Below are positions 1-9,471 of a stretch of 64,000 nt of DNA, one piece after another. Location of the stretch: assembly GCA_045120675.1 (NCBI GenBank), contig JBGVFB010000042.1, positions 5,493-69,492 of the forward strand, in the 5' to 3' direction. This DNA comes from Faecousia sp. Lineage in GTDB: Bacteria > Bacillota > Clostridia > Oscillospirales > Oscillospiraceae. Each line of letters starts with the position of its first letter. Positions within the stretch are counted from its first letter, which is position 1. The notes below the pieces were generated by a model. It saw only the letters and a program-made list of their open reading frames with translations. It was not told where the DNA came from and made no database searches. Position numbers and translations under genes: made by a program.

Positions 1-8
1 CTTGCTGA

Positions 9-1080
9 GGCGGATTATCATTGTAAGTGCAACACCACGTAGACAATAAAATAGCAACTCACTTGGGAACCTGCTATACTGGTAAGTGACCAAACAAACC
101 TAAGACAGGAGGTATCCCTCGTGAGTTGCTATAGCCATCTTACCATAGAAGAGCGTGAAAGTCTAATGCTTTCTCATGAACAAGGTGAAAGTATCCGGCG
201 AATTGCAAAGAAACTTGGCCGAGCTCCCTCTACCATCAGCAGAGAGCTTCGCAGAAATCCCGGCATATACAGAGCTACCACTGCCCAAAAGAATTATCAG
301 CAGCGACGTAAAGCCTGCGTGCGACGCAGGATACTGCACAACCGAGAACTCCGTAAAATGGTGCATTTTCTTCTTGGCTACCTTTGGTGGTCACCGGAAC
401 AGATATCCAATCGTTTCAGAGAAGAGGGTACTGCTGCAATCAGCGCCAGTACCATTTATCGTGCTTTGGAGAACGGGGATTTACAGGATACTTTGCGATA
501 TTATCTGCGGATAAAGTATCACAAACTTGGAAAAAACAAAGAACCAAGTAAGATTTGCTTCCAGAAAACTATCTCTTTGCGACCAGAAGCAGCTGCGCTT
601 CGTTCAGAGCCCGGCCACTGGGAAGGAGACACGATCCGGGGCAGCTGCGAGACAGATTCCCTTGTAACACTGGTAGATCGATACAGCCGTATACTACTGT
701 GCGAGAGAGTCCCAAACAAAGAAAGTGGGACTGTACGCAGAGCGGTTGTGCGTTTGCTGACCAGATCAGGGTTGCCGGTTCGCAGTGTTACCTTTGACCA
801 GGGTACTGAGTTTGCAGAAAGCGAACAGATGGAAAAGGACTTGGGTATTGATGTGTTCTATGCACATCCGAGGTCTCCATGGGAGAGACCCACCAATGAA
901 AATACCAACGGTCTGATTCGTCAGTTTGTTCCAAAGCGAAGCAAAGTATCGGCACTTACAGAAGATGATATTAGCAGGTTTATTGCTGCACTTAATTTCA
1001 GGCCAAGGAAATGCCTGGGCTGGAAAACTCCCTACGAAGTTGCTTTCAATGAAGTGTTGCACTTGACTTGACAAACCGCC
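9..1080 (+). mobile_element. IS30-family insertion sequence
   Basis: 27-bp imperfect terminal inverted repeats GGCGGATTATCATTGTAAGTGCAACAC (9-35) and GTGTTGCACTTGACTTGACAAACCGCC (1054-1080), 21/27 match, enclosing the transposase; no clear target duplication. Confidence 0.92.
121..1071 (+). CDS. IS30-family transposase
   Basis: N-terminal HTH (LGRAPSTISRELRRN); DDE motifs HWEGDT, TFDQGTEF, ERPTNENTNGLIRQ; C-terminal RPRKCLGWKTP; GGAGG RBS and GTG start. Confidence 0.95.
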   Translation: MSCYSHLTIEERESLMLSHEQGESIRRIAKKLGRAPSTISRELRRNPGIYRATTAQKNYQQRRKACVRRRILHNRELRKMVHFLLGYLWWSPEQISNRFREEGTAAISASTIYRALENGDLQDTLRYYLRIKYHKLGKNKEPSKICFQKTISLRPEAAALRSEPGHWEGDTIRGSCETDSLVTLVDRYSRILLCERVPNKESGTVRRAVVRLLTRSGLPVRSVTFDQGTEFAESEQMEKDLGIDVFYAHPRSPWERPTNENTNGLIRQFVPKRSKVSALTEDDISRFIAALNFRPRKCLGWKTPYEVAFNEVLHLT

Positions 1081-1116
1081 ATCGAAAAGATTTAGCTCAA
1101 CGATTTTACCTCGCAC
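1081..1116 (-). pseudogene. 5' stub (MRGKIVELNLFD) of a gene apparently interrupted by IS30
   Basis: GTG at 1116, GGGGGG RBS at 1123-1128, minus-strand TTTACA-17-TATAAT promoter at 1153-1181; the frame runs into the IS right end. Confidence 0.55.
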
Positions 1117-1229
1117 AGGAATCCCCCCATCTACTATATTTCGACAATTTAAATTATACTATTGATGGAGGAAAATGTAAAGAATAAAACCTAAAGCAAC
1201 TTTTACATGCTTTTCTATCACTACAAACG

Positions 1230-1263
1230 AATAAGGGCATCACCTTGCGATGATGCCCTTATT
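1230..1263 (-). terminator. Intrinsic terminator downstream of ppdK
   Basis: AATAAGGGCATCA-8 nt-TGATGCCCTTATT hairpin. Confidence 0.75.
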
Positions 1264-1387
1264 TTAAACAATTTAGATATAAACCTGGCAGGTCAGATCT
1301 TGCCACTGATTACGGCGGAGAATCTGTCCGTTCGCTTGACGATACTTCTTCGCTTCCTCGAAACCGATGGAAAATTCGAAGTACAGC

Positions 1388-4021
1388 TTATGCCTCCCCA
1401 GTTTTGATAGCAGCCTGTGCAGCGGACAGACGAGCGATCGGGACGCGGAAGGGGGAGCAGGAAACGTAGTCCAGGCCGATCTTGTGGCAGAACTCGACGG
1501 ACATGGGGTCGCCGCCGTGTTCGCCGCAGATGCCGTAGTGCAGGTGCTTGCCGGAAGCCTTGCCCTTGGAAACTGCCATCTCCATCAGCAGGCCGACACC
1601 GTTCTGGTCCAGCTTTGCGAAGGGATCGTTCTCGTAGATCTTGCTCTCGTAGTAAGCGTTCAGGAACTTGCCTGCGTCGTCACGGGAGAAGCCGAAGGTC
1701 ATCTGAGTCAGGTCGTTGGTGCCGAAGCAGAAGAACTCAGCTTCCTGAGCAATATCCTCAGCAGTCAGACATGCTCTGGGGATCTCGATCATGGTACCGA
1801 CTTCGTACTTCATCTCGATGCCTGCAGCAGCGATCTCAGCGTCAGCGGTCTTAACCACAACGTTCTTGACGAACTTCAGCTCCTTGACATCGCCAACCAG
1901 AGGAATCATGATTTCGGGAACCATGTTCCAGTCGGGATGATTCTTCTTGGTGTTGATGGCAGCGCGGATGACAGCCTTGGTCTGCATTGCAGCGATTTCG
2001 GGATAGGTGACGCTCAGACGGCAGCCACGGTGACCCATCATGGGGTTGAACTCATGCAGGGAAGCAATGATGTCCTTGATCTGCTGAACGGTCTTGCCCT
2101 GAGTAGCAGCCAGAGCGGCGATGTCTTCCTCAGTGGTGGGAACGAACTCGTGCAGAGGGGGATCCAGGAAGCGGATGCAAACGGGCATGCCTTCCATAGC
2201 CTCGTACAGGCCCTCGAAGTCAGCCTGCTGCATGGGCAGGATCTTCTCCAGAGCGGCTTCACGCTCTGCAACAGTGTCGGAGCAGATCATCTCGCGGAAG
2301 GAGCCGATACGGCCTTCCTCGAAGAACATATGCTCGGTACGGCACAGGCCGATGCCTTCTGCGCCCAGCTCACGTGCCTTGATGGCATCGCGGGGGGAGT
2401 CAGCATTGGTGCGAACCTTCAGGGTGCGGTACTGGTCAGCCCAGCCCATGATGCGGCCGAACTCGCCGGCGATCTCTGCATCCTTGGTTGCGATCAGGCC
2501 GTCGTAGATGTTACCGGTGGAACCGTCCAGGGACAGCTCGTCGCCTTCGTGGAAGGTCTTGCCGGACAGAGTGAACACCTTGTTCTCCTCGTCCATGTTG
2601 ATCTCGGTGCAGCCGGAAACACAGCAGGTACCCATGCCACGAGCAACGACAGCTGCGTGGGAGGTCATACCGCCGCGGACGGTCAGGATGCCCTGAGCGG
2701 CCATCATGCCTTCGATATCCTCGGGGGAAGTCTCCAGACGAACCAGGACGACCTTCTCACCGCGGGCAGCCCATTCCTTAGCGTCTTCAGCGGTGAAGAC
2801 GATCTTACCGGCAGCAGCGCCGGGGGAAGCGGGCAGAGCCTTGCCGATGGGGGTAGCAGCCTTCAGAGCCTTTGCATCGAACTGGGGATGCAGCAGGGTG
2901 TCCAGGTTACGGGGATCGATCATGGAAACGGCCTTCTTCTCGTCGATCATGCCTTCGTCCACCAGGTCGCAGGCGATCTTCAGAGCAGCGGGAGCGGTAC
3001 GCTTGCCGTTACGGGTCTGCAGCATGTAGAGCTTGCCGTTCTCAACGGTGAACTCCATGTCCTGCATATCGCGGTAGTGGTCCTCCAGGATTGCACAGAC
3101 CTTTTCGAACTGAGCAAATGCCTCGGGGAACTTGTTAGCCATCTCGGAGATGGGCATGGGAGTACGGACGCCGGCAACGACGTCTTCGCCCTGTGCGTTG
3201 GTCAGGAATTCGCCCATCAGACCCTTAGCGCCGGTAGCGGGGTCACGGGTGAAAGCAACGCCGGTACCGCAGTCGTCACCCATGTTGCCGAAGGCCATGG
3301 ACTGGACGTTAACAGCAGTGCCCCAGGAGTAGGGGATGTCGTTCTCGCGGCGGTAGATGTTTGCACGGGGGTTGTCCCAGCTGCGGAAAACAGCCTGAAC
3401 AGCGCCCATCAGCTGTTCCTTGGGATCGGAGGGGAACTCTGCACCGATCTTGGCCTTGTACTCAGCCTTGAACTGGTTAGCCAGCTCCTTCAGGTCCTCA
3501 GCAGTCAGGTCGACGTCCTGCGTGACACCCTTCTTTTCCTTCATCTCGTCGATCAGAACCTCGAAGTACTTCTTGCCGACTTCCATAACGACGTCGGAGT
3601 ACATCTGGATGAAACGGCGGTAGCAGTCGTAAGCCCAACGGGGATTGCCGGACTTAGCAGCCATAACTTCAACAACGTCCTCATTCAGACCCAGGTTCAG
3701 GATGGTGTCCATCATGCCGGGCATGGAGGCACGGGCGCCGCTGCGGACGGAGACCAGCAGAGGATTCTCCTTGTCGCCGAACTTCTTGCCGGTGATTGCT
3801 TCCAGCTTTTCGACGTATTCCATGATTTCAGCCTGAATGTCAGCATTGATCTGACGGCCATCATCATAATATTTGGTGCATGCTTCGGTGGAGATGGTGA
3901 AGCCCTGAGGGACAGGCAGACCGATGTTGGTCATTTCAGCCAGATTGGCACCCTTGCCGCCCAGCAGTTCACGCATGGAGCCGTTACCTTCGGTGAACAG
4001 ATAAACGTACTTGTGAGACAT
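1388..4021 (-). CDS. ppdK: Pyruvate, phosphate dikinase
   Basis: LLGGKGANLAEM, VSVRSGARASMPGMMDT, phospho-His GGMTSHAAVVARG, GLCRTEHM, GTNDLTQ, ICGEHGG; 877 aa. Confidence 0.98.
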   Translation of the reverse strand: MSHKYVYLFTEGNGSMRELLGGKGANLAEMTNIGLPVPQGFTISTEACTKYYDDGRQINADIQAEIMEYVEKLEAITGKKFGDKENPLLVSVRSGARASMPGMMDTILNLGLNEDVVEVMAAKSGNPRWAYDCYRRFIQMYSDVVMEVGKKYFEVLIDEMKEKKGVTQDVDLTAEDLKELANQFKAEYKAKIGAEFPSDPKEQLMGAVQAVFRSWDNPRANIYRRENDIPYSWGTAVNVQSMAFGNMGDDCGTGVAFTRDPATGAKGLMGEFLTNAQGEDVVAGVRTPMPISEMANKFPEAFAQFEKVCAILEDHYRDMQDMEFTVENGKLYMLQTRNGKRTAPAALKIACDLVDEGMIDEKKAVSMIDPRNLDTLLHPQFDAKALKAATPIGKALPASPGAAAGKIVFTAEDAKEWAARGEKVVLVRLETSPEDIEGMMAAQGILTVRGGMTSHAAVVARGMGTCCVSGCTEINMDEENKVFTLSGKTFHEGDELSLDGSTGNIYDGLIATKDAEIAGEFGRIMGWADQYRTLKVRTNADSPRDAIKARELGAEGIGLCRTEHMFFEEGRIGSFREMICSDTVAEREAALEKILPMQQADFEGLYEAMEGMPVCIRFLDPPLHEFVPTTEEDIAALAATQGKTVQQIKDIIASLHEFNPMMGHRGCRLSVTYPEIAAMQTKAVIRAAINTKKNHPDWNMVPEIMIPLVGDVKELKFVKNVVVKTADAEIAAAGIEMKYEVGTMIEIPRACLTAEDIAQEAEFFCFGTNDLTQMTFGFSRDDAGKFLNAYYESKIYENDPFAKLDQNGVGLLMEMAVSKGKASGKHLHYGICGEHGGDPMSVEFCHKIGLDYVSCSPFRVPIARLSAAQAAIKTGEA

Positions 4022-4110
4022 GTATTGGTTACCCCTTTCAAAATGTTTTCAAGTGCTCCGCGGCACCTGATTGTTGCAGATCTTCTAAATACTTGCATTA
4101 TCGCCCAAAT

Positions 4111-4139
4111 AGTATACCATGTACAATTTTGAAAATCAA
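4111..4139 (-). promoter_or_regulatory. sigmaA promoter of ppdK
   Basis: TTGATT-17-TATACT with extended TG on the minus strand. Confidence 0.55.
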
Positions 4140-4275
4140 ACCTTTTTGTTAAAAAATTGAACATATTTCCTGATTCGGGGTAATGCAACAAAAAAAGAAA
4201 GGAAAAAGGCCCCGCATGGGGGCCTTGAATGGATAATTTTCACAATCGACAAAAAGCGAAATTGCGCTGAACAAA

Positions 4276-4854
4276 TCAGTACTCGCGCACCACGGCCTTT
4301 ACGAGGCCGATAATTTCAGCTTCGGTACCGTCGATGGGATCATAGTTGTCATTTTCCGGCATCAGCCACACCTGACCGTTTCTGCGGCGCAGGCGCTTGA
4401 CGGTGGCTTCGTCACCGATTCGCGCAACCACGATCTGGCCGTCATCGGCATGCTGCTGGGGACGCACCACCACCAGATCACCGGACAAAATAGCCGCGTT
4501 GATCATACTGTCGCCGCGGACACGCAGGGCAAAGCAGTTGGGATCGCCGTCCCAGCTGAGATGGCCTTCCTGATTTTCCACAGCCAGAATCGGCAGACCC
4601 GCCGTGACCACACCGATCACCGGAATCTGGCCGGGACGCATGCTGGTGACGATGGCACGCTTGCGGCCCTTGGCACCGGGGGACTGGAGCAGGCCCTTTT
4701 CCTGCAGTGCCTGCAGGTGATAGCTGACGGAAGCAGTGGAACGCAGACCCACGGCGGCACCGATTTCCCGCACAGAGGGAGAGTAGCCATTCTCCTGAAT
4801 AAACTGGTTTACATAATCTACAATCAATTCTGCCTTGTTGCTGGTTCTGGGCAT
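4276..4854 (-). CDS. lexA: LexA repressor
   Basis: GYSPSVREIG wHTH, cleavage site VTAGLP, catalytic Ser GDSM and Lys EATVKR; AGGAGG RBS before ATG 4854. Confidence 0.95.
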   Translation of the reverse strand: MPRTSNKAELIVDYVNQFIQENGYSPSVREIGAAVGLRSTASVSYHLQALQEKGLLQSPGAKGRKRAIVTSMRPGQIPVIGVVTAGLPILAVENQEGHLSWDGDPNCFALRVRGDSMINAAILSGDLVVVRPQQHADDGQIVVARIGDEATVKRLRRRNGQVWLMPENDNYDPIDGTEAEIIGLVKAVVREY

Positions 4855-4881
4855 GAGAATCCCTCCTGATGTCAATAGACG

Positions 4882-5065
4882 GTCAAATTGATGTTTGCCG
4901 GGATGCCCCGGCTGGCAATACGTGACTGGTAATCCAGCAATCACCAAACATGACTGCCCGATTCGAAGGGTTATTTATCGTATCGGGAGATAAGCTTGGA
5001 TTTTGTACAACGTTTAGACACGAATTGGCCGGCGGCCCCTGCCGCCCGACAAACTGAAATTTGAC
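4882..5065. repeat. MITE-like element with ~21-bp imperfect TIRs in the lexA leader
   Basis: Ends GTCAAATTGATGTTTGCCGGG / CCCGACAAACTGAAATTTGAC; right part TTGGCCGGCGGCCCCTGCCGCCCGA shared with 44592-44616. Confidence 0.7.
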
Positions 5066-5069
5066 TTGC

Positions 5070-5093
5070 ATACATTTGTTCACCTTGATTGTA
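5070..5093 (-). promoter_or_regulatory. lexA extended -10 (TGnTACAAT) and degenerate SOS box
   Basis: Minus-strand GAAC-AAAT-GTAT (Firmicute consensus GAAC-N4-GTTC) just downstream of TACAAT. Confidence 0.5.
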
Positions 5094-5201
5094 GCACAAA
5101 TGTCCGAGAAAAGAAAGAGGGAAATTGAATTTCTTTCGCCCTTTTCAAACAGAAAAGTGCCTGTGTGCAAACATATACTAAAGCACAGAATGAAAGGAGC
5201 G

Positions 5202-5657
5202 ATGCTGATGAAGGATTTGGAGACCCGCGTCTGGCAGCGGGTTCAGGGAAAAACGGAGGGGGCCGCATCAACGCTTCCCGAGGGGCTGCCGGCGCTGATC
5301 ATGGAACAGCTGCAGCTTTCGAGCATCTATGGGCAGCTGTCCCGTCAGGCCGGCGGGCAAAGCGGCGGAACATACATGCGTCTTTCGCGGGAATCGCGGA
5401 TGCAGGCCGTCTGCCTGAAGGGAATCGTGATCCTCATGAATGGTCATGCCCCTTCCCCCGCTGCTGCTCCGGTGCAGGCTTCCCAGCCGGATGCCCTGCT
5501 GCGCCGCTGTTACGGCGCGGAGCTGCGTCTTTTAAAAGCCTATGAAAGCCGCTGCAATGACCCGGAATACGGCCCTGTTTTCAACCGCATGGCTGACCGG
5601 AGCCGGGATCACTGCTGCACGCTGCTGGAGCTGATCGGAACTTTGAAAACTTCCTGA
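5202..5657 (+). CDS. Hypothetical ferritin-like helical protein, possibly sporulation-related
   Basis: AAGGAG RBS; helical pattern with E..Y and a C-terminal His; CATATACT upstream resembles a sigmaE/K -10. Confidence 0.6.
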   Translation: MLMKDLETRVWQRVQGKTEGAASTLPEGLPALIMEQLQLSSIYGQLSRQAGGQSGGTYMRLSRESRMQAVCLKGIVILMNGHAPSPAAAPVQASQPDALLRRCYGAELRLLKAYESRCNDPEYGPVFNRMADRSRDHCCTLLELIGTLKTS

Positions 5658-5660
5658 CGA

Positions 5661-5689
5661 AAAAAGGCCCGGTGAACCACCGGGCCTTT
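5661..5689. terminator. Bidirectional terminator
   Basis: AAAAAGGCCCGGTG-AAC-CACCGGGCCTTT between convergent genes. Confidence 0.75.
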
Positions 5690-5703
5690 GGTATGTATTT
5701 CAT

Positions 5704-6576
5704 TTACAGGGCGCAGGTTGCGACAATCTCGTGGCCTTCCGGCAGCTCCAGCTCTGCCGTGGACTTGCCGAAGCGCCAGATGACCTTCCCAATCCATTTT
5801 TCTGCAACACTTGCAAAATGGTGCAGTACGATGCCCAGACTCAATGCCCCGTCGATGGGCACGTTGTATGCGTCCGGGCAGCTGACCAGGCTGATGCCTG
5901 CCGGGTGGATCACAAAGCCATAAGCCTGACGGTTCAGGTAACTGGGTGCCAGCGTTGCGGCATAGAGGGATTCCCACAGCATATCGTCGAAGAAACCAAT
6001 GTGGTCATCCAGCTTGTAGATATTGCCCCAGGTATCCATGAACACCATATCGTAGACACTTTTTTTCTGCTCCACGTAGCGGTGCTGGGCCACGATATCC
6101 ACGTCGGACATACTGCGGAAATTCAGGCGCAGCCGCTTGACGGTCTTTTTGCCGTAACCGAAAGCCGCAATGGCCGCAACCTCCAGCTCGGAGTCGATGT
6201 TGAGGGCTTTTTTGACATCGTCACTGTCCACAAAGGTCAGCCAGCAGGTATTCAGATCCATTTCGGTCAGTTTCAGGATCAGATCTTCCATCATATAACC
6301 GGCGTTCAGGTATGTCCGGGGATGCTTCTCCGACAGCAGCACCAGATACTGGGGCGCACCTACCAGAAACTGCTGATATCCGGCAGCACCCTCCAGTGCG
6401 GCGCGGGCATCGGTGCCGAAAATAAGCAGTTCCGTTTTGATTTCCGGCAGGAGTCTTCTCACGGAATTGTTGTAATACTCTCTGATTTTATCCAAACTTC
6501 CGAAAAATACCGGCTTATCCGAGAACTCCCGGACGGATTTGCGGTTCTGAATCAATGCTCTGTAGTCCATAATCAT
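5704..6576 (-). CDS. Nitroreductase-family protein
   Basis: N-terminal IQNRKSVREF, DLNTCWL, AAFGY, and a second-domain APSYLNRQ. Confidence 0.85.
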   Translation of the reverse strand: MIMDYRALIQNRKSVREFSDKPVFFGSLDKIREYYNNSVRRLLPEIKTELLIFGTDARAALEGAAGYQQFLVGAPQYLVLLSEKHPRTYLNAGYMMEDLILKLTEMDLNTCWLTFVDSDDVKKALNIDSELEVAAIAAFGYGKKTVKRLRLNFRSMSDVDIVAQHRYVEQKKSVYDMVFMDTWGNIYKLDDHIGFFDDMLWESLYAATLAPSYLNRQAYGFVIHPAGISLVSCPDAYNVPIDGALSLGIVLHHFASVAEKWIGKVIWRFGKSTAELELPEGHEIVATCAL

Positions 6577-6782
6577 GCCTCCCGTTTGTTCTTTCTGGCT
6601 TGATTATAGAAATTTCCCGCATTTTCTTCTGTGATAAAATCACATTTCTGGAAGATTTATACACAAATTTATGCTGTGATTGTGCTGTCGTCCTTTTGAT
6701 AAAGGTATTGAAAAAACGCGGCCTGCATGATACCCTAAAAATAAAGCAAAGGGTTACGGATATTGCCGAAGGGGTTATATTT

Positions 6783-6881
6783 ATGAAGCAGCAACGAAAA
6801 AACACAATCATGGCCATCCTGGAGCAGCTTTTGCCGCTTTCTTTGAATTTTGAAGGTGAACTGTGGATCTTCTCGATATAA
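6783..6881 (+). CDS. Putative 32-aa small protein
   Basis: Own promoter TTGAAA-17-TACCCT (6708-6736), GAAGGGG RBS and terminator at 6885-6919. Confidence 0.5.
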   Translation: MKQQRKNTIMAILEQLLPLSLNFEGELWIFSI

Positions 6882-6884
6882 TGA

Positions 6885-6919
6885 CCGCCTATGGTGTTTA
6901 GACCGTAGGCGGCTTTTTT
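6885..6919 (+). terminator. Intrinsic terminator
   Basis: CCGCCTATGGT-6 nt-ACCGTAGGCGG followed by a T tract. Confidence 0.7.
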
Positions 6920-6985
6920 GTAGTACTTGTATTTACAAAAGAAATATGATAAAACGGATGTAGATCCTTGCAGGAGGTATGCCAC

Positions 6986-7915
6986 ATGGAAAAGTTCTTC
7001 AGTGTTGCGGCGGTGATCGCACCCATTTTTATCACGGTCTATCTTGGTATGGTGGCCCGGAAAAAAGCGCTGATTACACCGGAGGGTGTACAGGGGCTTC
7101 AGCAGTTTGTTCTGAATATGGCACTTCCCTGCCTGATTTTCAACTCAATCCTGACCGCAAAGGTTGGTGCGGAATCTCTTGCCATTATGGGAATGCTCTT
7201 TCCCTTCGTGCTGGGTGTTACGTTGTGGGCATTCCGGAAGGGTATGAAAAAATATCCCTATAAGAATCTGCCCATGATCTTCGGTGCGCAGGAAAGCGGC
7301 ATGCTGGGTGTTCCCTTATTTCTGATTCTCTTTGGCAGCGCCAATGTTTACCATATGGTGATTCTGGATCTGACGCAGGCAATTGTTGGACATCCGACCA
7401 TCGCAATCGTTTCCTGTGATGCGGGAGACAGCCCCAAACCCGGTGAGATTTTGAAAAAGGTATTCACCTCCCCGCTGGTCATCGCGTGTCTGATTGCCCT
7501 TGGACTGAACCTCTCCGGCGCGGGAACACTGCTGCTGGAAAGCGGGATCGGGCAGGTTGTGACCGAAGTGACAACGTTTCTCGGTCAACCGGTCAGCACC
7601 CTGATGATCTTCAGCGTCGGCTATAATCTTTCTCTGTCTGCGGAAAACCGCGGGGAAATTCTAAAGCTCTGCCTGCTCCGTTTGACCATCTTTTCGGCCA
7701 TTGCCGGTGTGCTGCAGCTGCTTCTGTGCCTGATTCCCAATATCACTGCCCTGACCCGCTGGGCCATGCTGCTTTACTGCCTTCTGCCGGCATCTTATAT
7801 TGCCCCCAGTCTTGGTAAGACAGAGCAGGAACGAACCATTGCATCCGGTGTCAGTTCCCTGCTGACCGTTGTGACACTTGCCGTGTTCTGCGCCATAGCT
7901 GCCCTGACCGCATAA
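6986..7915 (+). CDS. AEC (auxin efflux carrier) family transporter
   Basis: About 10 hydrophobic segments; FVLNMALPCLIF, SGMLGVPL, FTSPLVIA motifs. Confidence 0.85.
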   Translation: MEKFFSVAAVIAPIFITVYLGMVARKKALITPEGVQGLQQFVLNMALPCLIFNSILTAKVGAESLAIMGMLFPFVLGVTLWAFRKGMKKYPYKNLPMIFGAQESGMLGVPLFLILFGSANVYHMVILDLTQAIVGHPTIAIVSCDAGDSPKPGEILKKVFTSPLVIACLIALGLNLSGAGTLLLESGIGQVVTEVTTFLGQPVSTLMIFSVGYNLSLSAENRGEILKLCLLRLTIFSAIAGVLQLLLCLIPNITALTRWAMLLYCLLPASYIAPSLGKTEQERTIASGVSSLLTVVTLAVFCAIAALTA

Positions 7916-7946
7916 AATGACACCCCGCCGGCAGGCGGGGTGTTTT

Positions 7947-9188
7947 TTACATATTTACATTCTGATCGATGCATTCCAGTATTTTTCCCGACCGCATCAT
8001 TTCGGTTGCCAGCATCACACCGGCGCCGGAGAGGGAACTGTCGCCCACATAATCGGAAAAGCGGATTTTCAAGCCTTCACGCAAAGCATCGGGAAGATAA
8101 TCGCCAATGAACGTGTTCAGACTGTTCCGGAATTTTTCGCTGCGGGGGATTTCGTCACCCAGAACGATTACTTCGGGGTCCAGCGTGTAGACAAGACCGG
8201 CCAGACCGTAGGCCAGAAAACGAGCCATCCGGCTGACTGCCCAGGTTGCCAGAGGATCACCCTGATCGTACGCGGTGTAGATATCATCAACAGAGGCGGA
8301 GGAAGTCAGGGAGGTATCCGGATAATCATAAAGATGCTCGATCAGGGATCGCTGCATGGCGGCAGGGGAAGCAAACTCCTCATACACACTGTGAGAGAAC
8401 TGGATGTCGCTGTTGATACCCTTGTGGGTGACAAAACAGTTGATGCCCAGATGACCGATCTCGCCGGCGGTGCCGTGGAAACCGCGTAGCAGTTTTCCGC
8501 CGATCAGGATGCCGCTGCTGATGCCTACACCGCATACAACATTCAGAAATACGCTGGGCTGATAGCCCTTAGTCTTGACAAAGGAGCGAAGTTCCGCAAC
8601 GGCACTTGCGTTGGCATCGTGGTTCATCAGAATGCGGAAGCCGGGGAAGCGGGCGGAAATCTCCTGATAAATATCGCCTTCGCCCAGGGTGCGGAAACCG
8701 TCAACCTGAAGCTTGTATTCCCCGTTGCAGCTGAACAGGGGGCCGAGGGTGGCGATGGAAATACCCAGAACCGCGATCTTTTCCGCCTGACAATAGGCCA
8801 GCTGCAGTCTGATTTCCTGCTCGATCTGGTCAAGGATGCTGGAAAACCGGAAGCTGTCCGTATACAAATTGCTGCGCGCGTTTTTCAGATTGTCCCCCAG
8901 ATCATAGGTGGCGGAAAGAATATGGTTGCGCTTGAGACGAATTACGATGGAAGCAAAATTTTCCATATTCAGTTCCAGGCCGATGGACTTTCTGCCGCTT
9001 TCGGTCAGGATGATGCCGCTCTCCCGCAGCAGCCCCGCTTCCAGAAAGTCATGCACGATGGTGGAAACTGTGGCCTTATTCAGACCGGTGGTTTTGGAAA
9101 GATGGATTCTGGAAATGGGCCCGTTTTCGTAAACGTGACGGAGGATCAGGGCTTTGTTGGCGCATTGCAGGTCGGCGGCTAGCTTCAT
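7947..9188 (-). CDS. ROK-family transcriptional regulator
   Basis: HTH GPISRIHLSKTTGLNKATVS, SGRK linker, NHDANA, GTAGEIGH. Confidence 0.92.
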   Translation of the reverse strand: MKLAADLQCANKALILRHVYENGPISRIHLSKTTGLNKATVSTIVHDFLEAGLLRESGIILTESGRKSIGLELNMENFASIVIRLKRNHILSATYDLGDNLKNARSNLYTDSFRFSSILDQIEQEIRLQLAYCQAEKIAVLGISIATLGPLFSCNGEYKLQVDGFRTLGEGDIYQEISARFPGFRILMNHDANASAVAELRSFVKTKGYQPSVFLNVVCGVGISSGILIGGKLLRGFHGTAGEIGHLGINCFVTHKGINSDIQFSHSVYEEFASPAAMQRSLIEHLYDYPDTSLTSSASVDDIYTAYDQGDPLATWAVSRMARFLAYGLAGLVYTLDPEVIVLGDEIPRSEKFRNSLNTFIGDYLPDALREGLKIRFSDYVGDSSLSGAGVMLATEMMRSGKILECIDQNVNM

Positions 9189-9387
9189 GGGGGAATTCTC
9201 CTTCCTGAGAAAGTCAAAGAAACAAGTAATTTAAACTAATGGTACCATCGCTCCCTGCGTTTTGCAAGATGAAAATATAAAAAATAAACTAAGTGTATTA
9301 AATAAACTCAAAATTGTAAATTGTCAACAAAGAACGGTTGGATAAATTATAGAATACGATGAATTCGGGATACTTAGCGCCTTTTGG

Positions 9388-9416
9388 TTGACATCTTATT
9401 TTTACCGTGATATGTT
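9388..9416 (+). promoter_or_regulatory. sigmaA promoter of the flavoprotein operon
   Basis: TTGACA-17-TATGTT with extended TG. Confidence 0.55.
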
Positions 9417-9471
9417 TGGAATATAAGAGATTAAAAAATAAACCAACAAAAAAACACAAGGAGGGCAAAAG

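Noticed and set aside
1367-4132. 921-aa plus-strand ORF antisense to ppdK; similar long shadow ORFs at 9487-11283, 46783-49014, 49375-52095, 54661-56889 and 61367-63901
   Set aside because: In-register antisense frames arising from strong codon bias of the real genes; no RBS or recognisable motifs.
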